From Thalia democratica (taxonomy: Eukaryota), in the NCBI GenBank assembly GCA_965202585.1, contig OZ241827.1, positions 72,044,001 through 72,108,000 on the forward strand: a stretch of 64,000 bases of DNA. The letters are read 5' to 3'. The position numbers and the translations under genes are program-made. A model generated the notes under the pieces. That model was not told the DNA's origin. It was given only the letters and a program-made list of their open reading frames with translations, and did not search any database. Positions 22,240 through 36,879 of the stretch are shown here, piece by piece (the first letter of the stretch is position 1; the number at the start of each line of letters is the position of its first letter).

Positions 22240-25200
22240 ATCACCACAGACGGTTAAACAAAAAAGTTTATTGTTTGTCCAGAAAAACTGGAGCAAAAAG
22301 AGATGTACGACTCCTGCAATAAAACCAATAAGTTTTTGAAGCGCCTAAAACTAAATCTAGATGGGTCAATTAAAAAACTACGTTAGAAAAAATCTTTGCT
22401 CGAATTCCAATGACCACTGTGAGAACCCAAACACTTTTAAACGAACTCTACTCTGTGTTTAACGAGATGTCATTGCAGCTTTATATCCAGATGTGCTACA
22501 AAGCCATGACAGCAGAATGTAAGTTGAAAAAGTTAAAGTAAGAAAAACATAATTTCATTAAAATAACTCTGTTAAATATGCAATTGTGTTGTTTTTAAAG
22601 GTGTAAGCTCCGCTATGAAAAAGCTACAAAAGTCAACCAGATGTGAAGTACACATTTTTAGTAACCATAACATGCACTCCTCCAAAAATATACCTGATTG
22701 TTTGTTTACAATTAGTCATAATGACTTAAAAAATAGCATAAACCTTCAGGTTTTTTGAGGAAAATAAAGTTTCAAACGAAGAATTTACATGTATTCTGTC
22801 AGCAGAATGTTGACCAGCACAAGCTATGAATACATTAAGCTTATATACTACCATCTAGCAGTTTTATCCACCAATAAATGATTGTTTTTTTTATAATTTA
22901 AACTTAGATATAACACAAGAAATTGAGGAATTTATAAGAACATTAATAGCAGATTGGTAGTTTAATATTATTAAAGTTAAAATTGTTTCTTAAAAATAGA
23001 AAACTAATAAATTTTTAAATATGACTAATTTGTTGAAGATACCTTGGTAAAGAATCAGGTCACACAACTCCTGGATCGTGAAAAATTTGGCAATGAGCGG
23101 AACCACAAGTCTCCTTTTGTTAAGGACTTTAAAGTAAGAGCTTAAATAAACAACACTTTTCTGTTTACAAGTATGAATTTTTTTTTAGAAAACTTCTGAA
23201 GAGGTCATTACCAATCAAGGAGAAATAATCAAGCAAGGGACCAAGGTTAAGTTTCATTGCGAAAAATTCACAAGATACTTGGGCATCATATTTGTGTCTG
23301 GGGCAGCCTTTGTTCTTAATATTGTAAAGATATAGTTTATGTATATCAATCAAGCACGTTTATTAACTTTATAAAATGTACTTGAAACTAAGAAAAAAGA
23401 GTCCTAGTGTAGTGCTCTTAAGCTCAGAAACATAGAAAAGAAGCAAAGCAGAAGATGGCAAAGAACTGGATGATTATGATGGCAATAGTCGCTGGTCATA
23501 TCATATTTACCTCAAAAAGCTTCGAGAGATCTACATGTAGTTTAAATATACTTATTTTTTTAGTATTTTTTGTATAACTGTTTTATTACAACTATTTATT
23601 TTTAACCACCCGCAATCAAACATCCTTCATAATCAACCATGCCCTGGATTTCACAAAGATAGAGAAAGTAACACTCAAGATGGGGAAGATAGACGACAGT
23701 TGGGGAACTACAAAAAAAACTGGCAACAACAAATTTAATTAACTTTATCCTTCCACAGAAGATGTCTATACAAGAAAGTACAAACCTGCACACATTGAAA
23801 AAAATGTAAGCAATATTTGGCCTTATAGGAATATTTAATTATTTTTTAAGGTAGATAAACTTATGCAGCTTTCCCAAAAAAATTGATGGTTGCAATAGTT
23901 AAGAAGAATGATTAAATCTTCAAGATTTTTCATCAAAACACTTGTTCCTGGTGACAGGATAGCTAATATAATGTTTGATTATATCTTTATGAACACAATT
24001 CTGGTGCATTTTAATGGAGCACCGGTAATTCTCGCAGATGCTATAGTATTGAAGCCCAAAAAAAAGTTAAGATATTAAATACGTAGAAATATAGCATTAG
24101 TTTCACCAACATTTCAAATCTAAACACACAGTATCAAACATTAGAAGTTTATTTAAAGCTTGGACCCATCTAGCAACGACTGCAGTAGGTAGAAGGATTA
24201 TTCTACATGTAGTATTAAGTTATGTAACTAGTAATAATACTCACATACATTTCAATATCATTCAAGGAAGTGAACGTGGAGAGATAGAAGAGAAACAAAT
24301 TGTAAATGCAAAATAACAAATGAATAAGAAAGAAGACTCGTGGGAGAAAAAACTGTTGTAATCTTGATAACAGCTTTAAAAAAGCCAATGTAAGAATAAC
24401 CAAGTAATTTGCTTTGTGTATAGTTTTGTATCAACAGGTTGTACGTGGATGGATACAAAGCTACGACCGGTAGAACTTCATGATGATCATCTACAGCTAG
24501 CGGCAGATATTGAAAAGATCAAAAAGTATGCGTTTGTTTCTTTACATGTGGACACAACTAACATTATTTTGAATTAGTTAAATAAAAAGGAAGTGTACCA
24601 TCATTGCACTTTCTGAGGTTTTTTCAACCTAGTGTTTCTTTAGTTTGAGTATGGTTTAAGAACTTTATTTAAATTATAAATAAAACATGCATTCATTAGT
24701 GGACAAAACTGCTAGATGGTAATATATAAGCTTGATGTTTTTGATAGTAATGAATAATCTTAGGAAAAGATGAACGGTCAAAGAAGTTGGCACCAAAAAA
24801 ATCATACAATCACCCACCTCTTATACTGGCTGACATGTGGTCTTTGTGCACAACTAGAGGAGATTATAGGCACTTCTTAGCAAAGATCAACAATGACGTT
24901 CTGGACTTATCAAGTGGTTTTTGGCTGTAAAACATATTATCGAAATACTAAAACAGACAATGCTGTTACTAGGCATGTTGAAATTGACTTCTCGTTTGCA
25001 CTATTAATTAGAATCTGCTCAACGAGATGTCATTACAGTTTTATATCTTGAGATGTGATACGAAGCCGTGACAGCAGAATGTAAGTTGAAAAATTTAAAA
25101 AAAAGAAGAATTTTGTTAAATATGCAATTGTGTTAATTTTAGAGTTGTAAGCTCCGCTACAAAAGTCAACCAGATGTGAACTACACATTTGTAATAACCA

Positions 25201-28200
25201 CAACATGCACTCATTCAAAAATACACCTGATTATTTGTTTACAATTAGTCATAATGCACTAAGAATGGCATTCACCTTCGGGTTTTTTGAGGATATAAAT
25301 TTTCAAATGAAAAAAAAAGAATAATTTACATGCATGCTGTTAGCAGAATGATGACCAGCACAAGCTATGAAAACATCAAGCTTATATACTACCATCTAGC
25401 AGTTTTGTCCTCCAATGAATGTTTGTTTTTAATTAAAAGTTGCATGAAATTATTAATCTATGAAATTTAGATATCACTCAAGAGATTATAGATATCTACT
25501 TGAGAATGATTTTTTGAAACTAGTCGTAGATTTTTTTAAGCAAAATTATTGCAGATTTCTTTTAAAAATTTTTGAAGTACAACTTACTAAATAATTAACT
25601 ACGATCAAGAAAAAAAGAAATCCAATAAAGAAAAGTATACTGTGCTGGAAAGATTTAAGGTAATTTTAAAATTAATTTGTATTCTGAGATTATAGAAAGT
25701 GAGGAATTTATAAGAACACTTATAGCAGATAGGTAGTTTTAAAATATTAAAGTTAGACTTGTTTCTTAAAAATAGAAAACCGCAGAGAATCTGCAGGACC
25801 TGCTCCTATGAAAAAATGGAAATAGCACGCTGACGGGGGAACTTCTTTAAATTAAAGGAACGAATTAATATGCTCTTGTGCATATTTTAAAAAGCTTTAT
25901 TTCAAAACTTAAGAGCATCTTGATAAGAATATAGAAAACTAATAAACTTTTAAGACATTGACCACAAGAAGTTATAGAAAGTGAAGAACGTATTACAGCA
26001 CTAATAGCAGAAAGGTAGTTTTGAAATATTAAAGTTAAACTTGTTTCTTAAACAAACGTATATACCCATTATTGAAATATTAAATGTTTTCTACAACAGA
26101 CAAAGCTGCTATTAGTATTATTAGTAGAATGTGACTTCTCGTTAGCACTTTTAAATAGAATCTGCTCTGTGTTTAACGAGATGTCGTTGCAGCTTTGTAT
26201 CCAGATGTGCTACGAAGCCATGACACCAGAAAGTAAATTGAAAAGTTAAATTTTTTTTGTCAAATATGTAACTGTGTTGTTTTTAAAGAAGTAAGATCCA
26301 ATATAAAAAGCTACAAAAGTCAACCAGATGTGAAGTACACATTTGTAGTAACCACAACATGCACTCCTTCAAAAGGTAATACACCTGATTATTTGTTTAC
26401 AATTAGTCATTATGTACTAAAAATGGCATTAACCTTCAGGTTTTTTGGTGAAAATAAAGTCTTCAAATGAACAAAGAAGTATATCAGAAATGCCATTTAC
26501 TAGAGTAAAGAGAGGAAGAAAAGTCCAATTGAACTACAAAAAAATATGCAAATTCCTTCTAGATACAAAATACTTTACAATTTTAACAACCCATTCTGTA
26601 GGTGAATGTTATAAGTTAGTTGCCTTTTATTATTATAATTTGGATTCAAAGGTTCAACCATCTAAAATAAAAATGCTAATTAATAGAGTCAAAAGCTTTT
26701 TACACATCAAAAACAGAGAAGTTTTTGCTGAACTCAGCAAAGACTTTGACGGTCCAAACTTGAGTATTTTCTAAAAATTTCAAAATTCAATAAAAATTTA
26801 GAGAAATTTATTTGGTTAAAGATATTTTTGATAAAAACTTGACTGAAAATGTCAATAATTTTTTTTATAAAATTAATACAATATGTAATCTTGTGTGTTA
26901 TAGCAAATACACAAAAGAAACATACCCTTTAGCTATAATTAATTTCAAATGTAGTTTCAAAGACTGTCCGGCAACATATAAACTAATTTATTCTAATTTA
27001 TCATCTGTTACAGATCTAGTATTTACAGTAGATCAAACCCGACAAATATTGCATAACAAAGTCCTTCAAAAACAATTTTAAAAAATAATTCTTAAAAATT
27101 TAAGTAGTGAAGAAAAAAATTATTAGAGAGAACAGCTGTCAGAAGATAAAAATCCTAGCCATGTTTATTATAGTTTGCTGGAAAAGCGTTGAGTAGAGGA
27201 ACTTTCAGGCAAACATACAGAGAAAGCTAAACATAGTGATTTTATTTCTAAAAACAATCAAGTAGCCTCAAGAGTGACCACCTTAAAAAATCCAAGTTAT
27301 ATCAGGACCCTTTTTTAGAAATGATTAAGTTTAAAAAGCTACAAGTTTGTTTCTTGTTTTATACATTTAAATGCATCTTGATGTACTAGAATTTAAATTA
27401 AGGGTGTGGGGCATATTTCCTTATAATTTTTTTTAAATTTTGTAGCTCTTAAACTTAATTATTCCTAAAAAATGAACTTTTCACAGCATCAACCAACACA
27501 AGCTCTTTATCACACTCTTACTCATGTACCAAAAAAACATCATCCATAACTAGGACACATACACCTTTATCGCACTCTTCCTCTTTTTCAGCCAACAGGC
27601 TCAGTCTAAGTTACTATCTTTAATTACATAACAATACAGACATGTCCAATGATTTATTTTTAGTTTCTTTATCTAATGAAGACTCTTTTTTGGATATTAA
27701 AAAGTTAAATCGCAAATACAAGTTATGCTACATCAAAGCAGTTAAAATAATTATAAATAAGAAATATTTTTAAAATTACAAGACAAACAAGTAACAAATT
27801 GCTACTTCAAGGTAGACCAGTATAACAAAAACTACTATGGATCATGTCGTTGGACTAAGTTACCAGGATGGACAGGGTCGCATTCCCATAATATATCTTA
27901 AATTTCCGAAGAAAATGATGTCATCCCGAAAAAAGATCCCAAGACTCAGAAGGATAAATTTCCAGTACATATCTAAATGCATTAGTCACTATATAAGGTT
28001 TGACTATATCTTTATGAACACAATTCTAGTGCCTTTTATTTGGGCACCAGATATTTCTTGCAGGTGCTTTAGTATTGAAAACCAAAAAAAAAGTACAGAA
28101 AAGAAAGATACGAAAAACGTAGAAATATACCACCAGTTTCACCAGCATTTCAAATCTAAACACACATTATCAATCATTAGAAATTTATTAAAAGCTTAGA

Positions 28201-31200
28201 CCCATCTAGCAACAACTGCAGTAGATAGAAATATTATTCTACATGTAATATCAAGTTATGTAACTAGTAATAATACTCACATGCATTTCAATATCATTTA
28301 AGGAAATAAACGTGGAGAGATAGAAGAGAAACAAATTGTAAATGCAAAGTACCAACTGAATGAGAAAGAAGACTCGTGGGAGAAAAAACTGTTGCAGAAA
28401 TTGATAACAGCTTTAAAAAAGCTAATGTAAGTATAACAAAATAATTTGCTTTTTGTACAAACAGGTTGTACCTGGATGGATACAAAGCTACAAACGAAAG
28501 AACTTCGTGATGATTAATTACAGCGAGCGGCAGATAAAGATCAAAAAGTGTCCACTTGTTTTTTACATGTGGACACAACTTGCAACATTGTGAAGAAGTA
28601 AAATGGAAAGGAATTGTACCTTACTTCATGCATTTTCCGAGGTTTGTTCAACCTAGTTTTTTTATGCTTGACCATGATAATAAATAATTTAAAAAAAAGA
28701 TGAAAGGTCAAAGAAGTTGGCACCAAGTAAATCATACAATCACCCACTTCTTATACACATGTGGTCTCTGCGCACAACTACAGAAAATTATAGGCATTCT
28801 TAGCAAAGATTAACAATGACGTTCTGGGCATATCAAATGGTTGTTGACTATAAAACATATTATTAAAAAATTAAATGTTGTTAAAAAAGACAAAGCTGTT
28901 ATTATGCACATGGAATGTGACTTCTCGTTAGCACCATAAAATGGAATCTGTTTAACGAGATGTCATTGCTGCTTTATACCCAGATGTGCTACGAAGCCAT
29001 GACAGCACAATGTAAGTTGAAAAAGTTAAAGAAAAATATAATTTTTTCAAAACAAATTTTTTTTAAATGTAATTTTGTTGTTTTCAAAGGTGTTAGCTCC
29101 GCTATGAAAAAGCTACAAAAGTCAACCAGATGTGAAGTACACATTTGTAGTAACCATAACATGCACTCCTTCAAAAGATAATATACCTGATTATTTGTTC
29201 ACAATTGGTCATAATGCACAAATGGCATTCACCCAAACGTTTTTTGAAAAAAATAAATTTTCAAATGAAATAAAAAGAAGAACTTACATGTATGCTGTTA
29301 GCAGAATGATGACCAGCACAAGCTATGAAAACATCAAGCTAATATACTACCATCTAGCGGTTTTGTCCACCAATATATTTATGTTATTTATATAAGCTAT
29401 ATTTATATGAAATTTAGATATAACACATGAAGTTATAGAAAGTGAGGAATTTATAAGAACACTAATAGCAGATAGGTAGTTTAAAAATTTTAAAGTTTAA
29501 CTTGTTTCTAAAATAGAAAACCGCAGAAAATCTGCAGGACCTGCTCCCATTAAAAAATGGAAATAGCGAACGCTGACGGGGGAACTTCTTTAAATAAAAG
29601 GAACGAATTAATATGCTCTTTTGTACGTTTAAAAAAGCTTTATTTCAAAACTTTAGAGCATCTTGATAAGAATATAGAAAACTAATAAACTTTTAAGACA
29701 TTGACCATAAGAAGAAATAGATAGTGAGGAATTTATAAGAGCACTAATAGCAGAAGGTAATTTTAAAATATCAAAGTTAAACTTTTTTTCTTAAACAAAC
29801 GTATATACACATTATTGAAATATTAAATGTTTTTAAAACAGACAAAGCTGTTATTGAAAAACATAATTTCATTAAAATAACTTTGTTAAATATGTAATTT
29901 TGTTGTTTTTAAAAGTATAAGCTCCGCTATGAAAGTGCTACAAAAGTCAACCAGATGTGCAGTACACATTTGTAGTAACCATAACATGCAATCCTTCAAA
30001 AGTAATATACGTGATTATTTGTTTATAATTAGTCATAATGCAATAACAATGGCAATAACCTTCAGGTTTTTTGAGGAAAATAAAGTGTCAAGTGAACAAA
30101 GAAGTATATCAGAAATGCCATTTACAAAAGCAAAGAGAGGAAGAAAAGTCCAATTGAATTACAAAAAATATGCAAATCCCTTCTAGATACAAAATACTTT
30201 ACAAATTTAACAACCCATCCTGTAGGTGAATGTTATAAGTTAGTTGCCTTTCATTATTAAAATTTGAATTCAAAGGACCATCTACAATAAAAATGTTAAT
30301 TAGTTGAGTCAAAAGCTTTTTACACAACAAAAAGATTAAAGTTTTTGCTGAACTTAGCAAAGACTTCGACGGTCCAAATTTGAGTATCACTGAAAGTTTC
30401 AAAATTTAATACAAACTTAAAGAATTTTTTTTTTGGTTAAAGATATTTTTGATAAAAACTCGACTGAAAATGTCGATAAAACTTTTTCTAAAATTAATAC
30501 ACTATGTAATCTTGTGTGTTATAGCAAATACACAAAAGAAACATATCCTTAAGCTATAATTAATTTCAAATGCAGTTTCAAAGACTGTCCGGCAACATAT
30601 AAATTTACTCTAGTTTATTATCTGTTACAGATCTAGTATTTACAGTAAATTAAATCGGACAAATACTGCATAACAAAGTCTTTCAAAAACATCTTAAAAA
30701 AAATTTGTCTTTAAAAATTTAGAAAAAAATTATTAGAGAACAGCTGTCAGAAGCTAAAAATCCTAGCCTTGTTTATTATGGTTTGCTGGAAAAGCGTCGA
30801 GTAGAGGAACTTTCAGGCAAACATACAGAGAAAGCTAAACAAAGTGATTTTATTTCCAAAAAACAACTATGTAGCCTTAAGATAGACCACCTTAAAAAAT
30901 CCAAGTTAGATCAGGACCTTTTTTAAGAAATAACTAAGTTTAAAAAGCTACAAGAATTAGAAAAAAAATATAAGAGAAATATGCCATTTACCTTTAAGGT
31001 TAATTCTAGTACATCAAGATGCATTTAAATGTATAGTACAAGAAATAAAATGACGAAATACAAACCATTTCTATTACAAAGAGGATGTAATAGTGATGGT
31101 CTTTAACTCTCATGAAACATTAAGTACTTCTATTAATTTAAACTTAACTTTAGTCAATCGAAAAAAGAATCTTGTCAATACAGCCATCAGTTTCACAATC

Positions 31201-33000
31201 ATTTTAAATCTAATCACACAGTATCAAACATTAGAAATTTATTAAAATCTTAGACCTACCTAGCAACAACTGCAGTAGTTAGAAGGATTATTATACATGT
31301 AATACGTCCCATACTTCACCGAAAAGGGGTCGATAAGGCAAGATTTATAAATAAAGATAAGTAATAAACTAATTGAAGGCAATATAAGTCCAGAGGCTCA
31401 TTATTATGAATTATTGTCAGGTATTGAAATTTCTGATGACATGCTAGACAAGGAGGATGACATTAAAAAGTTGGTGCCATCTAAGAGTGTATTACGTCAA
31501 ATCAAATATGAAACATTAAAAAACAACAAGTTAGATCAAGAGCCTTTTATAGAATTAAGTAAGTTCTAAAAGTTAAAAGAAAATGAAAAAAAATATTTAT
31601 CAAACAAACTCATTATTCACCTCTTAGGGTTTTTTCTTCCATGATAGTATGTACAAAGTCATTAAAAAGGAAATAGAAAAATTTCTTGACATACACCTAG
31701 ATTGCACCAGCTCATTATTTCAAAAATATACAGAAAAGCGGGCATTTTATTATATCAAAAGGTAATATATCTGATTTTTGTTTACAATTAGTCATATGCA
31801 CTGAAATGGCATTTACCTTCAGGTTTTTTGACGAAAATCAAGTTTCAAATGAACAAAGAAGTATACCAGAAACGCCATTTACTAAAGTCCAATTGAATTA
31901 CAAAAAAATATGCAAATACTTTCTAGATACAAAATACTTTACAAATCTAACATTCTATCCTGTAGGTGAATGTTAAAAGTTAGTTGCCTTTATATATTAT
32001 TATTAGGATTCAAATGTCCAACCATCTGAAATAAAAATATTAATTAATAGAGTCAAAAGCTTTTTACACAACAAAAAGATAGAAGTTTTTGCTGAACTCA
32101 GCAAAGACTTTGACGGTCCAAACTTGAGTATTCCTAAACATTTCAAAATTCAATTCAAAAAATTTTTTGGTTAAAGATATTTTTGATAAAAACTTGACTG
32201 ATAATGTCAATAAAACTTTTTTTTAAACTAATACACTATGTAATCTTGTGTATATTGCAAATTAACAAAAGAAACATATCCTTTAGCTATAATTAATTTC
32301 AAATGCAGTTTCAAAGACTGTCCGGCAACATATAAAATTACTCTTGTTTATTATCTGTTACAGATCTAGTATTTACAGTAGATCAAACCGGACAAATATT
32401 GCATAACAAAGTCTTGCAAAAACATCTTAAAAAAAAATTGTTTTTAAAAAATCAAGTAAGAAAAAATGATTTGAGAGAACAGCTGTCAGAAGCTAAAAAT
32501 CCTGGCCAGGTTTATTATGGTTTTCTTTAAAAGCGTCAAGTAGAGAAACTTTCAGGCAAACATACAGAGAAAGCTAAACATAGTGATTTTATTTCCAAAA
32601 AACAACTATGTAGCCTCAAGAGTGACTACCTTAAAAATTTTAAGTTAGATCAGGAACTTTTTTATGAAACAATTAAGTTTAAAAAACTTAAAAAAAATAT
32701 ATATAAGAGGCCACACACCCTTAAGGTTAATTCTAGTACATCAAGATGCATTTAAATGTATAAAACAAGAAATAAAATGACAATTTAATAACCATTTTCT
32801 ATTACAAAGAGGATATAATAGTGATGGTCTGTAATTTTTATGAAATAATGAGTAACTATATTAATATAAACTTAACTTAGTCGGTCGACAAAAACAGAAA
32901 AGAATCTTATCAATATAGCCTAAAGATCGAAAGAACAATGCGAGAAATATTTAATTAAATAATTAAAAAATTAATAACTTTCCAGCAAAAGAGTACCAGG
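22240..33000 (+). mobile_element. ~11-kb array of duplicated, shuffled, decayed NOF/FB-like (MULE superfamily) transposase fragments
   Basis: Recurring + strand blocks: ECDFSLALLNRICSVFNEMSLQLCIQMCYEAMT (~22460, 25020, 26150, 28920) and STRCEVHICSNHNMHSF (~22630, 25160, 26320, 29120, 29940). Also first-Asp motifs LHVDTT/IHLDCTSSL (~24540, 28560, 31690) and an N-terminal block CNLVCYSKYTKETYPLAIINFKCSFKDCPATY (~26880, 30500, 32230). All carry stops or frameshifts. Confidence 0.75.
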
Positions 33001-33049
33001 CCACAAATGAACAAGTTTATTATGCTGTATTGGTAAGCTTACATTTAAA

Positions 33050-33550
33050 TAATAAATTATCAATCTCTCCTGTGGATGGATTACTGTGTCCTATTTATTT
33101 GTTTTAAACTCTATAGTTAAAGCTTACATTTTAGCATGTTTTGATTGTTTAGATGACTTAGTAGTAACTATTTGTTTCCGCATGCAGAGAAACTAAAATT
33201 TAGAGAAACAGGTACAGCATCACCAATCCAGTTTAAAACTAAACTGGCAAAAACAGTTTATAGATTAGGAGTTATTGTCTCAGTTTTTTATAGATGGATA
33301 ATAAAAACCTTAAGAAATTTTTAATTCATTTGTAGGTCCAGCTCATCCAAAAGTCAGGACAGTCACCATGGTGCTAATACTAAGAATAATTCTAAACTAT
33401 CCCTTGATAAGATGCGAATAAGCAGTCAACAGAATAAGACAAGCACTCTTTACTTAAAGATCTTAGGAATTGGTAGTTACTGGTGAGTTGAGCACTGTCA
33501 ACATTTTTAAGTAACAAATTGATCAACTAAACAGCACAAAATTAACTTTT
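33050..33550 (+). mobile_element. Decayed non-LTR (LINE) reverse transcriptase C-terminal fragment
   Basis: Broken frames give GLLCPIYLF, CLDDLVV, LKLNWQK and RIILNYPL...NRIRQALFTLK, in the order of the GSxLGPxLF / YADD / LxLNxxKT / LGxxLD motifs. Confidence 0.4.
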
Positions 33551-35904
33551 CAAGTATAAACTTGAAAAATCTCCTTTAAGACTCCACAAACACAGTTAAA
33601 ATTTTAAGTTTACTATATTTACATGAGATATATGTTTTGTCATTAGACTGCGTTTTACTATGATTAGATATTAATTGAGTACTTCGGATAAAATAATCAA
33701 GTTAAGTTTAAAAAGGAATGAGAGAAATTTGAGTTGTTGAACATAAACCTACCTAATTCAATCTAAGAAAACTTTTAAGAACTATATTTCACAGTCCTAA
33801 ACTTTAAAAAGACAAAAGAATTCCAACAGCTTTTCATGTTTATTAAATAAAATTAATCATTTCACTTAACTTCAATAAAATTCTAAATTTTGTTATGTAA
33901 AATCAACAAGTAAAGATACTACTAGTGCATAAACCGATTTAGGTAAAGTGAGCAAAAAATACTAGCTAGCTTTTTAAACAAAACAATTTGAGAAAACAAA
34001 AATAATGTAGTAAACCTAAGACATTTGGATGTACATGCTTTCTGGCTTTCAGTAGCAAATGAAATTGAATAGAAATGAATACTCAAAAAAAGTGCTTTTG
34101 TATTATGACGTATTAGGTAAACTATCTTAGAATTTTTGGTTTAAAATTTGAGCGCGAACTTAAGTGCTTGTACCAAAATGTACTTATTTCAAATTTAAGC
34201 TTTTTCAGAGATTTGTTGATAGATAGTTTAGCAGATTTATTTTAAGTCGAACAACTACTTTTAGTGGAGATGTTATACTCGTGAAGTCGTAGTTTTTCAA
34301 AACAAAATTTGCTAGATCCAAACTAGTTTTTTAAAGTTTTCTACTCTGTTTAGTTTTCAAATTACAAACAATTTATTGCTTATATAATTTTTTAGTACCT
34401 TGTTAAATTTAAATTACATTAATTTTAAAAGATCTGACTGAACATTTAAGTTTCAACTACTTATAACAAACTAAGTATCTTATTTATTATTAATCTCCCA
34501 TTGCTTTTAGATCTGGTAGATCACTTTTGGGATTAATATAAGTATTTCTACAAATTTGATACTTTTAAAGCATATCTATTTTCAAATGAGAGTGTTTTGT
34601 AAACTCTCTTTTTATGTTTTGGCAGTGAAAAATAAAATTAAAGAACTATATTAAAAATTTTAGATATTAGTATTTATCATATGTTTTGGTTTTAAGAAAA
34701 CAAGTTGAGAGATCTCAACTACTGGAGGAGAAATAATGAATTTATTCTTTCAAGAATTTATTTTACAAACTAAGTTTCGGTCAAAGACCTCGTCAGTGCT
34801 TAAACAAATCAAAAAAAAAATGTGACAGTCATGGAAAATAGCATTTAAACAGTTAAATTAAAATAAAACCAAATTTTTGCTCAAAATTTTTACTTAAGAA
34901 ACTAAAAAAAAATCAAATTTTAATATTAAGACTATGTTTAAGGTAAAGTTTAAACTTAAGTAAAATTTTAAAATCAATATAACAACAATGATAATAATAA
35001 TAATAATAAAAGCTGTATGTAGCTTTCTTTTTTCTTCTAGTTAATTTACAAGTAAACATTGCTCAAGCAAAAATGTAATTAATAAAAGTGAGCTTAAAAT
35101 TGAGTTGAATTAAATGTAGCTTATTTTAATGGTGACCTAACTATTAAAAATTTAAACAATCTTGTGCTTGTAATCGCTATGAAAATTTGAAATCCCGCTT
35201 AAATGCTTTATATAAAATCTTATAGTTAAAACAAATTTTTTTCTAAAAACAAAACAAAACAACTTAAACTATAACACTAAGGTTAAATTTATGGCAAAGT
35301 TTAAATTTTAGTTAAGTTTTAAAATCAACGAAAAACACAAATAATATAACAATAATAATAAATCTGTATGTAGTTTTCTATTTTCTTCTAGTTGATTTCA
35401 AAGTAAACATTGCTAAAATAAAAATGTAATTAAAAGTAATAAGTAGGCTTTGCAAGCCCGCCAATGAAACTATCAAATCTTGCTTTTAACTTTTATTGAC
35501 GCAATGACGTTTCTTACACTTTTGGTGACGTAGCAATAAAAAAGTAATTGTTTTCAGAAACACGCTACGATGTATAAAAACTTCTACATTTGAGAATTTA
35601 AATGAATTTTATCTTTCATGTTTTCTTTTACCTAAACTTTTAAAGCTGTTACTAAACAGCTAAATCTACTTATGGGGACGAGTCTTGATGTAATGTAACG
35701 GTGTTTCCCCTAATATTCGATGAGTCAGCAAAATAAGTAAGAATTTTATATTTTTTCAAATTTATTGATAAATTTTTAACATGTTTGGGTAAGGTAGTTT
35801 AGAGATAAGTGTGTAAATTTAAAAAAAAAAATTGCTGATTCGGCAAATATAAGGTAAAACACTGTTACATTATAATCGGGCTCTATGGGGACCACTAAAA
35901 TATG

Positions 35905-36140
35905 CACGAAAACTTTTTTGCACAAAGATAATTTGCACAAAAGGGTTAATTTTGCACGAGAATAAAAAAAACAAAAATGAAAACAAACAAAAAACTTTAG
36001 TAAAAGCATTACCGATCGAATGTAAGGGTTTGGGGTAACACTTATAGTAAAAAATAAATAATAAAAAGACAATAAATTATTAAGAGAAAAAAAGTTTTAA
36101 CCCGTGCAAAAGTGTCATCGGGCAGTTTTGACCCCTTACC
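35905..36140. mobile_element. Short MITE-like relative of the foldback MULE family
   Basis: Repeated tttgcac on the left and cgtgcaaaagtgtca...ttttgaccccttacc on the right, resembling the 17675-22236 ends. A related left end lies at 62323-62400 (gggacgggtcagatttgcacg). Confidence 0.45.
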
Positions 36141-36473
36141 TATATTTGAATAATAAAGTTAACTCCTTTTAAAACATGTTTTGCTGGTTACTATCATAAC
36201 AGTTTTATACAGTGTATATATCAGTCAACAGTTTCCTACTCGAGAAACTGTACAATAGAAAGTTTTTATTTCAACGTGTTTTTTATATTATGCATAAAAA
36301 ATATATTAGTATTTTATAGAACAAATAAATTATTGTAAGTTACTGAACTATCAAAGTTTATATAAGGTGAAAATAACATTTATGATGCAAATTTAATTTG
36401 ATATTTTTAATAGAGTACTATTGATTATTTTTCTTTTTTTTTTATAAAAGCTACAAAAAATTAAATAGTAAAA

Positions 36474-36879
36474 GGGTGCACGACTATTCAAATTCGGACA
36501 ATTCAAATTCTTAATAAAAAATAGAAACGGCTAAAAATATAAAACTATTGTATATTTGTCAAAAATAAAAAATGCATATGTTAATAATTTTAATATCTAC
36601 AGACCATTTTTTCTTTTTGCAAAAAACTAAATAACTTATAAGATATGGTTTTTTTAAGTGAAAAAAATAGTTATTTTATGTAATTTTTAAATATCTAAAA
36701 AGTATTTTAGATTTTTCAAAAAAGATAAAAGTGGCTCGTAGATATTAATATGATCTACATAGGCATTTTTAAATTTTTTTAAATATATATTACATTTCGA
36801 GATATAGTATTTTAAATAAGTTTTTAAGAATTTGAATTGTCGGAATTTAAGTTGTCCGAATTTGAATTGTCATGTAACC
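36474..36879. mobile_element. 406-bp MITE (GG...CC termini, gacaattcaaattc repeats) with an 18-bp flanking direct repeat
   Basis: TIR gggtgcacgactattcaaattcggacaattcaaattctt versus aagaatttgaattgtc...gaatttgaattgtcatgtaacc. AAAAATTAAATAGTAAAA at 36456-36473 and 36880-36897. Confidence 0.85.

Noticed and set aside
17694-22247. Regular short repeats resembling a CRISPR array, and 6-aa repeat ORFs (SHRAKV, KCHTVL, ARCDTL)
   Set aside because: No unique spacers, eukaryotic context, no cas genes. The ORFs are by-products of an 18-bp period inside transposon TIRs.
27837-28199. ORFs of 100-138 aa in the 22-33 kb array and at 41289-41705 as host genes
   Set aside because: Open stretches of decayed transposase copies; sister copies have stops and frameshifts at different places.
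35670-35730. Possible fourth hammerhead on the minus strand (CUGA...GAAAC)
   Set aside because: The core reads CUGACUC rather than CUGANGA, and stems I and II do not form.
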